From an uncultured bacterium (GTDB lineage: Bacteria > Actinomycetota > Acidimicrobiia > Spongiisociales > UBA5794): DNA of 64,000 bases. Positions 8,165 through 18,188 of the stretch are shown one piece after another. The notes beneath the pieces are model-generated. The model was not told the DNA's origin. It made no database searches and saw only the letters and a program-made list of their open reading frames with translations. Where the stretch lies: assembly GCA_963801165.1 (NCBI GenBank), contig CAWDDT010000009.1:256001-320000 (forward strand), in the 5' to 3' direction. The first letter of the stretch is position 1. Each line of letters opens with the position of its first letter. The position numbers were made by a program, and so were the translations under genes.

Positions 8165-9295
8165 ATGACGAACAAGGCCGACGACCTAGCCGGACCGGGA
8201 ATCGGAAACTACGACGATCTCGCCAAGATCCTCCCCGACGATTACGAGTCGCTGCTCACCCCCCGACAGACCATGGATGCGCTGTTTGCCGCCAAGTCCT
8301 ACGTCGAGGAGCATCTCTGCAAGGCGTTGAACCTCATGATGGTGCAGGTGCCGCTGATCGTCGACTCTGCGAGTGGTGTCAACGACATGCTCGATCGGGA
8401 CGGTTCCCGAACCCCCGTCTCGTTCCATATCTCCAACGACCACGACCAGCACCCCATCGACGCTCAGGTGGTGCAGGCGGCGACCAAGTGGAAGCGTACC
8501 GCCCTCGCTCAGTTCGGGATGCAGCCGGGCGAGGGTATATGCACCGACATGAGGGCGGTCCGCAAGGACTACTTCCTCGACCACGACCATTCCGCCTACG
8601 TCGACCAGTGGGACTGGGAGCGGGTCATGTTGCCGGAGGAGCGAAACCTCGAGTTCCTGACCGACATCGTCAAGCGGATCTGGTCGGTGCTCGTCGGCGC
8701 CGAGCGGCACCTTCTTTCGCTCTACCCGCAGTTGAACACGCCCAGGTACCCGAACCTGCCGGACGAGCTCACGCTGCTGCATTCGGAAGACATCCTCGAC
8801 ATGTATCCGGATCTGCCCCGGAAGGAACGTGAGACCCGGATCCTTCAGGACTACCCGGCCATCTTCATCTACGGTATCGGCTGGCCGCTGGCCGACGGCT
8901 ACCCGCACGAGATGCGCGCCGCCGATTACGACGACTGGGTCACCGAGACGACCTCGGCGTCGGGCAGGACGACGCATGGTCTCAACGGCGACATCCTGGT
9001 GTGGAACCCGGTGACCCGACGCCGTCACGAGCTGACGTCGATGGGCATCCGGGTGACGAAGGAGACGCTTGCGACACAGCTGGAGATGAGCGGCCAGCTC
9101 GACTTTCTCGAGCTCCCGTATCACCGGGCGATCCTGCACGACGAGATCCCGCTGTCGATCGGCGGGGGCATTGGCCAGTCACGCACCTACATGCTGCTGC
9201 TGAAGAAGGCTCACCTCGGTGAGGTGTCGGTAACGGTCTGGCCACGGGTCCTCAAAGAAATGTGTGCCGCCAGGGGAATCAACGTCCTCGAGTGA
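8165..9295 (+). CDS. asnA: aspartate--ammonia ligase (asparagine synthetase A)
   Basis: ATKWKR, HSAYVDQWDWE, RAADYDDW, GLNGDIL, ELTSMGIRV and SIGGGIGQSR motifs; AGGAGG RBS. Confidence 0.9.
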   Translation: MTNKADDLAGPGIGNYDDLAKILPDDYESLLTPRQTMDALFAAKSYVEEHLCKALNLMMVQVPLIVDSASGVNDMLDRDGSRTPVSFHISNDHDQHPIDAQVVQAATKWKRTALAQFGMQPGEGICTDMRAVRKDYFLDHDHSAYVDQWDWERVMLPEERNLEFLTDIVKRIWSVLVGAERHLLSLYPQLNTPRYPNLPDELTLLHSEDILDMYPDLPRKERETRILQDYPAIFIYGIGWPLADGYPHEMRAADYDDWVTETTSASGRTTHGLNGDILVWNPVTRRRHELTSMGIRVTKETLATQLEMSGQLDFLELPYHRAILHDEIPLSIGGGIGQSRTYMLLLKKAHLGEVSVTVWPRVLKEMCAARGINVLE

Positions 9296-9301
9296 CGACG
9301 G

Positions 9302-10024
9302 TCATCGGCCGCGCCTTTGCTTCAGATCGAGGATTATCTCCATCAGTTGCTCCGATGACATGTGTGCCGACGGACGGCTCACCTTCCTATCCAGGGTCGA
9401 TGCGATTTGCAGGGCGATCTTGCGGCGTGCATCGGGAGCAAGATCGAAGCGGCGGCTCAGGAACTCGCGAAGCACCGCGACGTCCTGGTCGGTGACGGCG
9501 CTCACGTCCCACCCCTCGGGAAGGTCGTGGAACGGCGGAAGGTCATCCGTGGGGAGCACCCCCGCAGGGTTTGGCTCGGCGACAACAACGACACCTGCGG
9601 CCAGATCTCCTAGCCGCTGGTTCTGCGAGGTTGCGAAGACGGTGATGATCCCGATCAGATAGAACGACGGCAGGAAGTCGACGAGCCGCAACAGATTGCG
9701 GATCAACGTCTCGACGCCGCCGGCAGGCGAGCCATCGGTCCTGACCACGCGTAGCGACAGGAGCCGCTTGCCGGGTGACTGACGTCTCCCCGTCGTCTCG
9801 AAGAACATGTGATAGCCGAAGAAGAGCAGGAAGGGTGTCACGATCCGGAAGACCTCGATGATGGTCCCGCCCCCGTTGCGGAACGGGATCGCAACCGCGA
9901 GGATCATGACAACGATGATGAGCGTATCGATGATGGCGGCCGCGGACCGCGACCCGAGACCGGCGAGAGTCATCTCGAGATTGAGCCCTTCCGGCGTGCT
10001 GATCTCGATGCGGTCGCTGTCCAT
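9302..10024 (-). CDS. RDD family membrane protein
   Basis: TPEG..LAGLGSR..A.IID; SPGKRLLSLRVV; RNLLRLVD; QRLGDLAAG. Confidence 0.85.
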   Translation of the reverse strand: MDSDRIEISTPEGLNLEMTLAGLGSRSAAAIIDTLIIVVMILAVAIPFRNGGGTIIEVFRIVTPFLLFFGYHMFFETTGRRQSPGKRLLSLRVVRTDGSPAGGVETLIRNLLRLVDFLPSFYLIGIITVFATSQNQRLGDLAAGVVVVAEPNPAGVLPTDDLPPFHDLPEGWDVSAVTDQDVAVLREFLSRRFDLAPDARRKIALQIASTLDRKVSRPSAHMSSEQLMEIILDLKQRRGR

Positions 10025-10033
10025 GAGGTAGGC

Positions 10034-10996
10034 GTGAAGATAGGCATATTCACTACCGAGCGCCAGGCAGATTGGGACCGGCTTGGGGCGCTGATCGCCC
10101 AGGCTCGGGGACGCCCGGAGCGGCTGGCCGCGATCGAGGTACTCGAGTTGGGCAGGTTGTACCGCTCGGCGGTTGCCGACCTGTCGCGCCTGCGGTCGGA
10201 GCATCCAGACCATCCCGCGGCACGGCAGGTCGCCACGCTGGTCACCACGGCACGGCCGCTGGTGTATCGGTCACAGCCGCGACGCGCCCATCCGATCCGG
10301 TTCATGACCACTACGTTCTGGCGAACTTGCGCCGAGCGACCGGTGTTCCTCGTTGTGGCCGCCTCTCTTCTACTCGGCTTTGCCGTGCTCGGCTGGATAT
10401 GGGCAACGGTGGACACCCGGGCGGCGGTCGGCATGGTGCCCGGTCAATTCTCCGGCGCCCTAGATCCGCAGGGTGGCACCGACATGGGCAGGGATCTGGC
10501 GCTACAGGCGCAGTTTTCGGCCTACCTCATCACCAACAACGTGACCGTTGCCATCTTGTCCTTTGGGGTCGGCATCTTCTTCGGGATCGGCACCGTTGCC
10601 GTTCTCGCCCAGAACGGTCTCCTGCTCGGGGTCATCGGCGGCGCGCTCGTGGCCGGCAACAACGGCGGATTCTTTCTCGAACTGGTCGCCGCCCATGGTG
10701 TGCTCGAGTTGTCTTGCATCATCGTTGCCGCCGCCGCGGGCCTTCGTCTCGGCTGGGCGGTCGTCCACCCGGGGAAACGGTCACGGCGATCGGCTCTCGT
10801 CGCCGAAGCCCGCCCGGCGGTGCTGATGACACTCGGCATCTTCCCCTGGCTGGTTGTTGCCGGGGTCATCGAGTCGTTCGTGAGTAGACGCGGTATGGCG
10901 GCGCTCCCTGTGACCATCATCGGCCTGATCGTCGGTGGCGGGTTCTGGTTCCTCATGTGGCTACGCGGCAGGCCGTCCCCTTCCTACGCAGGATGA
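10034..10996 (+). CDS. stage II sporulation protein M (DUF95) family membrane protein
   Basis: LYRSAVADLSR, TNNVTVA, HGVLEL and AGVIESFVS motifs; start reassigned to GTG 10034. Confidence 0.85.
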   Translation: MKIGIFTTERQADWDRLGALIAQARGRPERLAAIEVLELGRLYRSAVADLSRLRSEHPDHPAARQVATLVTTARPLVYRSQPRRAHPIRFMTTTFWRTCAERPVFLVVAASLLLGFAVLGWIWATVDTRAAVGMVPGQFSGALDPQGGTDMGRDLALQAQFSAYLITNNVTVAILSFGVGIFFGIGTVAVLAQNGLLLGVIGGALVAGNNGGFFLELVAAHGVLELSCIIVAAAAGLRLGWAVVHPGKRSRRSALVAEARPAVLMTLGIFPWLVVAGVIESFVSRRGMAALPVTIIGLIVGGGFWFLMWLRGRPSPSYAG

Positions 10997-11012
10997 AAGG
11001 GTGCGGGCGCGC

Positions 11013-12260
11013 CTACACAACGGCGCGGTGCTTCAGGTCCAGGTAGGCACCCACGGCGGCGGCAGGGAGGGACTCGGGTGCTGCCTCGATCACGGTGATC
11101 CCGCGACGGCGAAGACGCTCGGCGGTGCGACGGTGGACCCGCAACGCATCGAGGGCAACGACGGCGCGGTAGGGGCTCTGCGGGTCGTCCCCCGGGTTGA
11201 CGACCGCCTCGCGAAGATCGTCATCGCGCACGTACGCCAACACGACCGCGTGGGTGCGGGAGAGAAGCGGTAGGGCTTCGAGCAGCGGCGCCGCCGCCAT
11301 CTCCTCGAACAGGTCGGTGAAGACCACCACCAGAGACCGTTTCGACCGGGCGGTTGCCCGGAACGCCAGCTCATAGTTGCTCTGGACCGGTTGCGGTTCG
11401 AGATCGTAGATCGCCTCGACCACCGCCTCGGCGCCACGCCGTGCCGGCGGCAGCGAGCGGAGAATCCTGTTGGAGAAGGCAACCACGCCACAGCGGTCGC
11501 CGAGGGCATCGGCCGTGTGTGCGATCGCGGCCGCGGCATCGACCGCTATGTCGAGCCGGGTGTGCGGTCCGATCGGGGACGTCATCAAACGTCCGCTGTC
11601 GATGACGCACATCACGTCGCGGTCGCGGTCGATGCGATACGCGTTGGTCATCGGTTTCCCGGTCCGCAGCGTCGCCCGCCAGTTGACGTGCCGGATATCG
11701 TCGTCCGGCGTGTAGTCGCGGATCGACTCGAACTCGGTCCCGATGCCGATGGGACCGCGTCTGCGCCAACCCACCGAGGTGAAGGCGCCGCTGGCAACCG
11801 CCCGGGCGATTCTCTTGGCACCGATGACATCGGGATACACCGTTACCTCGTGGTTGCCGCACATCTCACGATCGCGGACGGCGAGACCGAGAGGGCCGAC
11901 ACAGCGCACCGCCACCGCGGGTAACACGTGGCCGCCGCGCCGTGCCGCAGTCAAGGTCGTGACCAGCTCGCCGACGGCTTCCTGGTCGACGACGTCGATG
12001 TCCGGGATCTGCGGCTGGAGCAGCCTGACGCTTTGCGCTGCCGGGTTCGTCCCGGTGATGTGCAGCGGGGCGGGGTGCAGCCTCTGCATCAAATCAGGTA
12101 CGTCCCGGCTCACTACCGGATCCCGACGCAGCCGCCAAACGTCGACCACGTAGCCGGCGGCGACGAGCGCGACTGCGATCGCCCCCAGCGTGGCCCCAAA
12201 TGCGATCAGCACTGCCGCTGCGGCAGCCAGCGCAAAGGCGAGTCGGGGGGTCGGGGTCAC
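11013..12260 (-). CDS. DUF58 domain protein (MoxR partner)
   Basis: GTEFESIRDYTPDDDIRHVNWRAT; DSGRLM MIDAS-like motif. Confidence 0.85.
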   Translation of the reverse strand: MTPTPRLAFALAAAAAVLIAFGATLGAIAVALVAAGYVVDVWRLRRDPVVSRDVPDLMQRLHPAPLHITGTNPAAQSVRLLQPQIPDIDVVDQEAVGELVTTLTAARRGGHVLPAVAVRCVGPLGLAVRDREMCGNHEVTVYPDVIGAKRIARAVASGAFTSVGWRRRGPIGIGTEFESIRDYTPDDDIRHVNWRATLRTGKPMTNAYRIDRDRDVMCVIDSGRLMTSPIGPHTRLDIAVDAAAAIAHTADALGDRCGVVAFSNRILRSLPPARRGAEAVVEAIYDLEPQPVQSNYELAFRATARSKRSLVVVFTDLFEEMAAAPLLEALPLLSRTHAVVLAYVRDDDLREAVVNPGDDPQSPYRAVVALDALRVHRRTAERLRRRGITVIEAAPESLPAAAVGAYLDLKHRAVV

Positions 12261-13186
12261 TTCGGTACCGGCACCGCAGCCAGAGCGGCGTTGATCGCAT
12301 CGGCGGCCAGATAGCGGTCAATCGACGCATCGGCGGTCAGCACGAGACGATGTGCCAACACCGGCAGCGCCTGATTGCGGATGTCATCCGGCGTGATGAA
12401 CTCCCGCCCTTCGAGCAGCGCTCTGGCCCGGGTGGCAGTGATCAGATGCACCGCGGCGCGGGGACTGGCGCCGAGTTCGACGCTGGGCAGCGACCGGGTG
12501 TGCCGGACCAGACCCACCGCATAGCGGGCGACCTTCTCATCGACTCTCACCGAAGCGAGGGCCCGGCGCGCCTCGAGAAGATCGGCTTTGCTCACCGCCG
12601 GGCTGATGCGTTGCAGGGCGACATCCTCGAGACCAACGCGTTCCATGGTGACGATGTCGACCTCGTCGGCTTCGCTCGGGTAAGTCACGTCCAGCTTCAT
12701 CATGAAGCGGTCGAGCTGAGCTTCGGGAAGCGGGTAGGTCCCCTCGTACTCGATGGGGTTCTGGGTGGCGATCACAACGAACGGGTCCGGGAGCGGATGG
12801 CTCGTGCCGTCGACCGTCACCGATCGTTCTTGCATTGCCTCGAGTAGTGCCGCCTGGGTCTTGGGAGGGGTGCGGTTGATCTCGTCGGCAAGGATCGCAC
12901 CGGCAAACAGCGGGCCCGGTCGGAACTGCAGGGCACCCCCGGCGAGAGCCATCGTGCCCGTGATGTCGGAGGGCAGCATGTCGGGGGTGAATTGGATCCT
13001 GGCGAACTCGAGGCCGAGACTCCTGGCGACGGCACGGGCCGCGAGTGTCTTGGCCGTTCCCGGTGGTCCCTCGAGCAGGACGTGGCCACCGCTGATGATG
13101 GCGGTGAGAATGCCGTCGACGACGTAGTCGAGACCGACCACCGCCGTAGCGACCGCTGCGGCGACTCGATTGCGCAGGTCGTTCAC
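12257..13186 (-). CDS. moxR: MoxR family AAA+ ATPase
   Basis: GHVLLEGPPGTAKT, RIQFTPDMLPSD, DEINRTPPKTQ, ATQNPIEYEGTYPLPEAQLDRF. Confidence 0.92.
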   Translation of the reverse strand: MNDLRNRVAAAVATAVVGLDYVVDGILTAIISGGHVLLEGPPGTAKTLAARAVARSLGLEFARIQFTPDMLPSDITGTMALAGGALQFRPGPLFAGAILADEINRTPPKTQAALLEAMQERSVTVDGTSHPLPDPFVVIATQNPIEYEGTYPLPEAQLDRFMMKLDVTYPSEADEVDIVTMERVGLEDVALQRISPAVSKADLLEARRALASVRVDEKVARYAVGLVRHTRSLPSVELGASPRAAVHLITATRARALLEGREFITPDDIRNQALPVLAHRLVLTADASIDRYLAADAINAALAAVPVPK

Positions 13187-14271
13187 AGTTGCTCCTTGTT
13201 GATGAGATGTGATAGCAGGACCGCCTTGGCCCGTATGGTCTTCTCCGAGGCGGGTGCGGTTAACGCCAGCTCGGCGGTATCCCGATCGACACCGCTGGTC
13301 ACGGCAGAGTCGACGGCAAGCTGGGACCCGGGTGGCACTCCCCGTCGTCGCAGCTCACGCACGATGGCCCGATCGAGCGTGTCGGCGGCGGTTGGGTCCT
13401 TGCCGGCTTCGAGGGTGAGGGCAAGCGCGTCGACATAAGCCGACCGGGGCGGGGGCATATTGCGAGCCGTCTCCTCGACGGGGCCGAATCGCTTGCCGCC
13501 TGCCACCAGCCAGACGGCGCAGGCCAGGGATAGGAGCACCAGCGCCTGTTTCCAACGCGCCGGGAGAGCCGATAGACCCGTGGGCTGGGTGAACCCATGC
13601 ACGTATTCGACGAACTGCACCGTCCCCGACGTATCGCCGACGGCGGCGAGTGCAAGCAGCGCGTTGTCGCCCTGGGCGATCTGCCCGTTCTCGACGATGG
13701 TCGAGTCGGCGATGGCGACGACCGTCCCGTCACCTATGTACTCGATGCCGAGGAGGGTGCCGTCCTGGTTGCCGACGAGTGGCAGCAGGGAGCCGGCGTC
13801 GGGCCATTCCTTCGACGCGGCGACGGTGTCGACCGCTTGAAACGGGCCGAGATCGAGCAACGACGAGGCGGGGGTGCCTGTCGTCGTCGATGGGGAGGGG
13901 GCCTTGGTGATGATCCTGCCGAGGCTCGAGTCGATTGCTACGAAGCGTCCGCCGCTTCTGATGAACTCATTGAGAGCGTTCACGTCCTCGCCGCCGAGCG
14001 AGCCCCCGTCGATCAGGACAACAACGTCTTGCGGCGACAACGAGACCCCGGCGAGGGGTGTCCGGAGTTGCGAGACGTCGTAACCATTGCGCACGAGCAA
14101 TCTGGACAGCGCCGCGGTGCCGGAACTGTGCGTTGCGTAGGAGGAGCCGGAGGGACCGTCCTCTGGCTTCTGCTGCTCGGCGGATCGGGCCAGCCCGACG
14201 ACGACCAGCAGACCAACGATCGCCAGAACCACTAGACCGGCTCGGGAACGGAAAAGCGGGGCATCGTTCAT
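13183..14271 (-). CDS. DUF4350 domain membrane protein
   Basis: N-terminal TM helix, GTAALSRLL, GDNALLAL, C-terminal TM + KRFGP; position in the MoxR cluster. Confidence 0.7.
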   Translation of the reverse strand: MNDAPLFRSRAGLVVLAIVGLLVVVGLARSAEQQKPEDGPSGSSYATHSSGTAALSRLLVRNGYDVSQLRTPLAGVSLSPQDVVVLIDGGSLGGEDVNALNEFIRSGGRFVAIDSSLGRIITKAPSPSTTTGTPASSLLDLGPFQAVDTVAASKEWPDAGSLLPLVGNQDGTLLGIEYIGDGTVVAIADSTIVENGQIAQGDNALLALAAVGDTSGTVQFVEYVHGFTQPTGLSALPARWKQALVLLSLACAVWLVAGGKRFGPVEETARNMPPPRSAYVDALALTLEAGKDPTAADTLDRAIVRELRRRGVPPGSQLAVDSAVTSGVDRDTAELALTAPASEKTIRAKAVLLSHLINKEQL

Positions 14272-15080
14272 TGTGTTTGCAGCCGCTTCTGCAAGGCGTC
14301 CCACGATCGGCGTGCTTCGGTGACATCGTCGCTCAATGCTGTGTCCCCGCCGTATGCGACCGCGTCGAAGCGATCGAGAAAGCGGGGGCTCTCGGCCAGG
14401 GGCCGCACGGTGGCGGTTGATGTGGTAGCCGCGTTGCGGACAACACGCAGCTGCTCCAGGTGTTGCGCACCGTCCATGAACAACATCCGGAGAGCGCCTG
14501 CGTAGTCTCCGGCGGCTGCCGCGATGTCCGCCTCGGCGCGGTAGTCCACGGACTGTTTCGCCGGACCGGGGGCCGCAGCAACCGCCTGTCTGCGGGCGAC
14601 GACGCGGTCGAGAATGACGTAGCCGACAGCGAACGCGACTCCGACGATCACAATGAGCCCCAGACCACGGGCACCGGTTGTGTTGAGGGCATCGGCTATG
14701 AATGTGACGATCCGGGAGAGGATCCCGCTGTTGGCGGCCTCCTCGGCGGCAAACGGAGGCTTGGACGTTATGTCCCTTGCCTGGTCCCGTAGTGTGGCCG
14801 AATCGAGGCCGCCCGGTGTAGCCGCGCTGATCCTGGCGAGAGCGGCAATCCGGGCTCTCTGCTCTCGCGGTGACGCATCGATGAGCGAGGCGAGGTCGAC
14901 CGGTTTCCCGTCGATCGAAGTGACCGCAGCGAGCTGGTCGACGGTGCCGGTGGACTCGGCTTCAGCCGCGATTCGAGCGAACTCCTCGGCGGAGACATCG
15001 GCGGCAGATGCGGCAGTGGAGCCGGCGGGCCACACCAGGATGGCTGCCGAGATGAGGAGCAGCCAGGCGCGACGACGCAC
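14268..15080 (-). CDS. DUF4129-like secreted/membrane protein
   Basis: Signal peptide MRRRAWLLL..., GDYAGALRMLF, FDAVAYGG. The ORF track fuses it to the upstream gene because of a frameshift there. Confidence 0.6.
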   Translation of the reverse strand: MRRRAWLLLISAAILVWPAGSTAASAADVSAEEFARIAAEAESTGTVDQLAAVTSIDGKPVDLASLIDASPREQRARIAALARISAATPGGLDSATLRDQARDITSKPPFAAEEAANSGILSRIVTFIADALNTTGARGLGLIVIVGVAFAVGYVILDRVVARRQAVAAAPGPAKQSVDYRAEADIAAAAGDYAGALRMLFMDGAQHLEQLRVVRNAATTSTATVRPLAESPRFLDRFDAVAYGGDTALSDDVTEARRSWDALQKRLQTQ

Positions 15081-15085
15081 GGCGG

Positions 15086-15983
15086 CTACCAGGGAACCTG
15101 TGGCGGCGGCTCGTCCCTCCACGTATCGTCGGGTTCCCCGATCTGACCGAGCTTCAGCTGCATGTCCAAGCCTTCGTTGCGAACGCGGCAGTCGAAGTAC
15201 GTGACCGTGACAACCGGAGCCAGGATGATGAAGCTGATCACAGTGCCGACCAACTCGAGCCCGTTTGTCGTGAGCACGAACGGCAAGGGATCTCGCATAT
15301 TCAGGATGAGTCGACACGACGAGCGCCACCAGGCCCACCGAGAAGACCCCAATGATCACCAGACCGACCGAGAGCGCGCCGAGCACTTTCCAGAACCGGT
15401 TGCGGACGAGCGCCGAGGAGCGTCCAATCGCCTTGCTCGCCGTGATCCCCTCGTACCAGAAGGCGGGGACGCTGAGGCTGTAGTAGGTGAACCAGGCTGT
15501 GAGCACCGCCAGCAACGCAAACACGCTGAGTGGGCCGAACAAGAGGCTCCCCAGGGATGCAACGATGGCGACCCCGATGGCGTAGAGCACGAGAAGCAAG
15601 AACATCCCGATGAACGGAAGGAATCGACGTCCGCTCGAGCGAAGGATGCTTCCTGCAGTCTCCTCGTGGTTCATGTACAGCCGTGTCGACAGATGAACGA
15701 GCAACCCGAAGCACAACAGCTGGGATACACGCCCTAGTAAGCCGATCCACAGCACCGTTTGCGTGTAACTGTCGGGGTCGTTGACGAGCACGACGTTGCC
15801 GCGGATGCCGGCGATTTCGGACAGTTGGTAGGCGCTGAGGAACACAAGCGGCACGAGCACGAAGACGACTGTCAATTTCAGGTACTTGCCGAGGTTCTGG
15901 CGGAGCAGGCGAAACGCGGCATCGAGCGTCTCGCCGACACCGAGCGGTCGCAGATCCGGTGGTCCGACTTCGTCCAGGGTCAT
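15086..15983 (-). CDS. multi-pass membrane protein of the MoxR cluster, apparent frameshift near 15315
   Basis: N-terminal LRPLGVGETLDAAF in one frame and C-terminal YFDCRVRNEGLDM in another; removing one base near 15315 joins them. Confidence 0.65.
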
Positions 15984-16139
15984 CTGGACGCGGAGGATAG
16001 TCGCTCCGGTTGTTGCCGGCCCTGTCCTCACTGATAGTCGGTTACGCGTCAGGGTCGAATCAGGGGATGCCCCGATTGGAAGGCCGGCACGGTTCGTGCA
16101 TTATCGGAGTAGACGAAGTGAGAGGACGCGGGGTCACCC

Positions 16140-16340
16140 ATGTTGCTGTTTCTACTCTGGTTGTTGCTGGCCGCGATCGCCTGGCCGCTTGCTCTGCTGG
16201 CGCTGATTGCCTACCCGATCGTGTGGATACTGAGCATCCCCTTCCGCATCATCGGTATCTCGGTGCGTGGCGTTTTCGAGTTGCTGGAAGCCGTGGTCCG
16301 GTTCCCGGCGCGTGTCCTCACGGGCTCCGTCGGGCGGTGA
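16140..16340 (+). CDS. small hydrophobic membrane protein
   Basis: 66 aa, hydrophobic N-terminal half, co-oriented with the downstream genes. Confidence 0.6.
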   Translation: MLLFLLWLLLAAIAWPLALLALIAYPIVWILSIPFRIIGISVRGVFELLEAVVRFPARVLTGSVGR

Positions 16341-16364
16341 CGGGCGCCCGGGTAGGATCGCCGG

Positions 16365-16973
16365 ATGCGGCTCTACCTGATACGTCATTCGCTCACGCCC
16401 GATACCGGCAAACGGCTCTCGAGCACCGACCAGTCCATCTCGCTGTCTCCTGAGGGGTTGGCGCTGGCGACACGGCTCGGAGAGCACCTCAGAGATGTCC
16501 CACTCAACGCGATCTACTCGAGCCCGCACCGGCGGTGCCGGGAGACCGCCGCTGCGGTTGCCCGCGGCCGCAAGCTGAGGCCCCGGGTTGCGGACGCCTT
16601 CGTCGAGGCCGACTACGGGAAGTGGCGGGGCCGACCGCTCAAGTCCCTGTACCGGCTCAAGGCCTGGCAGGAGCTGATGCTGAGCGCGTCCCGGTTCAGG
16701 TTTCCCGGGGGCGAGATGCTGAGCGAGGTACAGGCGAGGGCTGTCGCCGGCATCGAACAACTTGTCGCTCGACATCCGGATGAGCAGGTCGCCGTCGCCA
16801 GCCACGGCGACGTCATAAAGGTGATCGTTGCCTACTACCTGGGTCTACCCCTCGACCTCTCGCATCGGATCGAGCCGATGGCGGCCAGTGTGTCGATCGT
16901 CGATATACCCAAGCAGGGTGCGCCACGTGTGCCGGTTCTCAACTACACCGTCGATACCGGGAGGTGGCGATGA
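16365..16973 (+). CDS. histidine phosphatase (MSMEG_4193-like phosphomutase)
   Basis: LIRHS, YSSP..RCRETA, SHGDVIK; precedes DUF3090. Confidence 0.8.
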   Translation: MRLYLIRHSLTPDTGKRLSSTDQSISLSPEGLALATRLGEHLRDVPLNAIYSSPHRRCRETAAAVARGRKLRPRVADAFVEADYGKWRGRPLKSLYRLKAWQELMLSASRFRFPGGEMLSEVQARAVAGIEQLVARHPDEQVAVASHGDVIKVIVAYYLGLPLDLSHRIEPMAASVSIVDIPKQGAPRVPVLNYTVDTGRWR

Positions 16974-17443
16974 GCAGCGTCGATCGGTTTGCCGGGGGAG
17001 CACTCGGGGAGCCGGGGGACAGGCTGTTTCTACTCGAGGTCGTGGACGGTGGTGAGTCCATCGCCTACGTCCTCGAGAAGATCCAGGTGGCCGCGCTGGC
17101 GGAGGAGGCACAGAGGCTGCTCCGCGAGCGCGGGCTCATCGGCACGGGTCTCGCCCTCGACCCAGGCACAGTTCATGCGGAGACACCGGTGAGCTTCCGT
17201 GTCGGCGGCATGCAGCTGGCCCTTGGCGACAACGATGTCGGAGAGCTCGTGCTGATGTCGACCGAGGAGGATCCGCCGGTTCGCTATGAGCTCACGATCG
17301 CCCAACTCGATGCGTTCGCCAGGGAGGCGCTCGCCATTGTCGCAGCCGGTCGGCCTGCCTGCCCTCGCTGCGGCCTGCCGATGGACCCGGAGGGTCACAA
17401 CTGCCCGCGCAGCAACGGTGACCTACGCGGGCACCGTCCCTGA
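16970..17443 (+). CDS. DUF3090 family protein
   Basis: GEPGDRLFLL, LEKIQVAAL, and the C-terminal AGRPACPRCGLPMDPEGHNCPRSNG. Confidence 0.85.
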   Translation: MSSVDRFAGGALGEPGDRLFLLEVVDGGESIAYVLEKIQVAALAEEAQRLLRERGLIGTGLALDPGTVHAETPVSFRVGGMQLALGDNDVGELVLMSTEEDPPVRYELTIAQLDAFAREALAIVAAGRPACPRCGLPMDPEGHNCPRSNGDLRGHRP

Positions 17444-18122
17444 CGTGGGATGGGAGCCGGTCATCACGGAAGTAGTCGGCCGGTTCGTCGACGCCTCAAA
17501 CGCCACGCTTCTGGCGACAACGGGTGACGGGGAGCAGGTTATTTACAAACCGACCGCGGGGGAGCGTCCGCTGTGGGACTTCCAGGTTGAGACGCTCGCC
17601 GCTCGTGAGGTGCTCACCTACGAGGTCTCCGAGGCCCTGGGATTTGACGTCGTCCCGGAGACCGTGCTCGGCGTGGGGCCTTACGGCCGGGGCGCGGTCC
17701 AACGATTCGTCGAGCTCGACCCCGACTTCGACCCGGTCAGAGCGCTGCAGACCGAGCCGCCCGAGCTGTGGCGAATAGCGGTGCTCGATCTGGTCACGAA
17801 CAATGCCGATCGCAAGCTCGGTCACATCATCTCTGATGGGCAAAGGCTGCTCGGAATCGACCATGGCCTCACCTTTCACCCTGATGACAAGCTCCGGACC
17901 GTGCTGTGGGGTTTCAGCGGCCAGTCGATCCCCGAAACGGAGCTGGATGGTCTGGGCAGGCTGGAGATGGCCGTCGCCGGCAACCTGGGCGAACGCGTCG
18001 CGGAGCTGCTTGGTGGGGCGGAACGCGAGGCGCTCGTCACCCGGGTGTCGGGGTTGCTGGCCAACCCAATCCATCCCGACCCACCCCAGGACCGCCCGCC
18101 ACTTCCCTGGCCCCCATACTGA
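17418..18122 (+). CDS. SCO1664 family PI3/4-kinase-like protein
   Basis: ASNAT, YKPTAGERPLWDF, NNADRKLGH, GIDHGLTFH; start position uncertain. Confidence 0.85.
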   Translation: MTYAGTVPDVGWEPVITEVVGRFVDASNATLLATTGDGEQVIYKPTAGERPLWDFQVETLAAREVLTYEVSEALGFDVVPETVLGVGPYGRGAVQRFVELDPDFDPVRALQTEPPELWRIAVLDLVTNNADRKLGHIISDGQRLLGIDHGLTFHPDDKLRTVLWGFSGQSIPETELDGLGRLEMAVAGNLGERVAELLGGAEREALVTRVSGLLANPIHPDPPQDRPPLPWPPY

Positions 18123-18131
18123 GCCACTCTG

Positions 18132-18167
18132 GCGTCGGAAACCGGAATATGTTCCGGTTTGCGACGC
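18132..18167. terminator. palindromic hairpin between convergent genes (bidirectional terminator or REP-like)
   Basis: GCGTCGGAAACCGGAA-TATG-TTCCGGTTTGCGACGC. Confidence 0.6.
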
Positions 18168-18188
18168 AAGAAGCTCGTTGCCCGGCGT

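Noticed and set aside
14268-16031. 587-aa fusion protein
   Set aside because: Artefact of a frameshift near 15315 that joins two separate genes.
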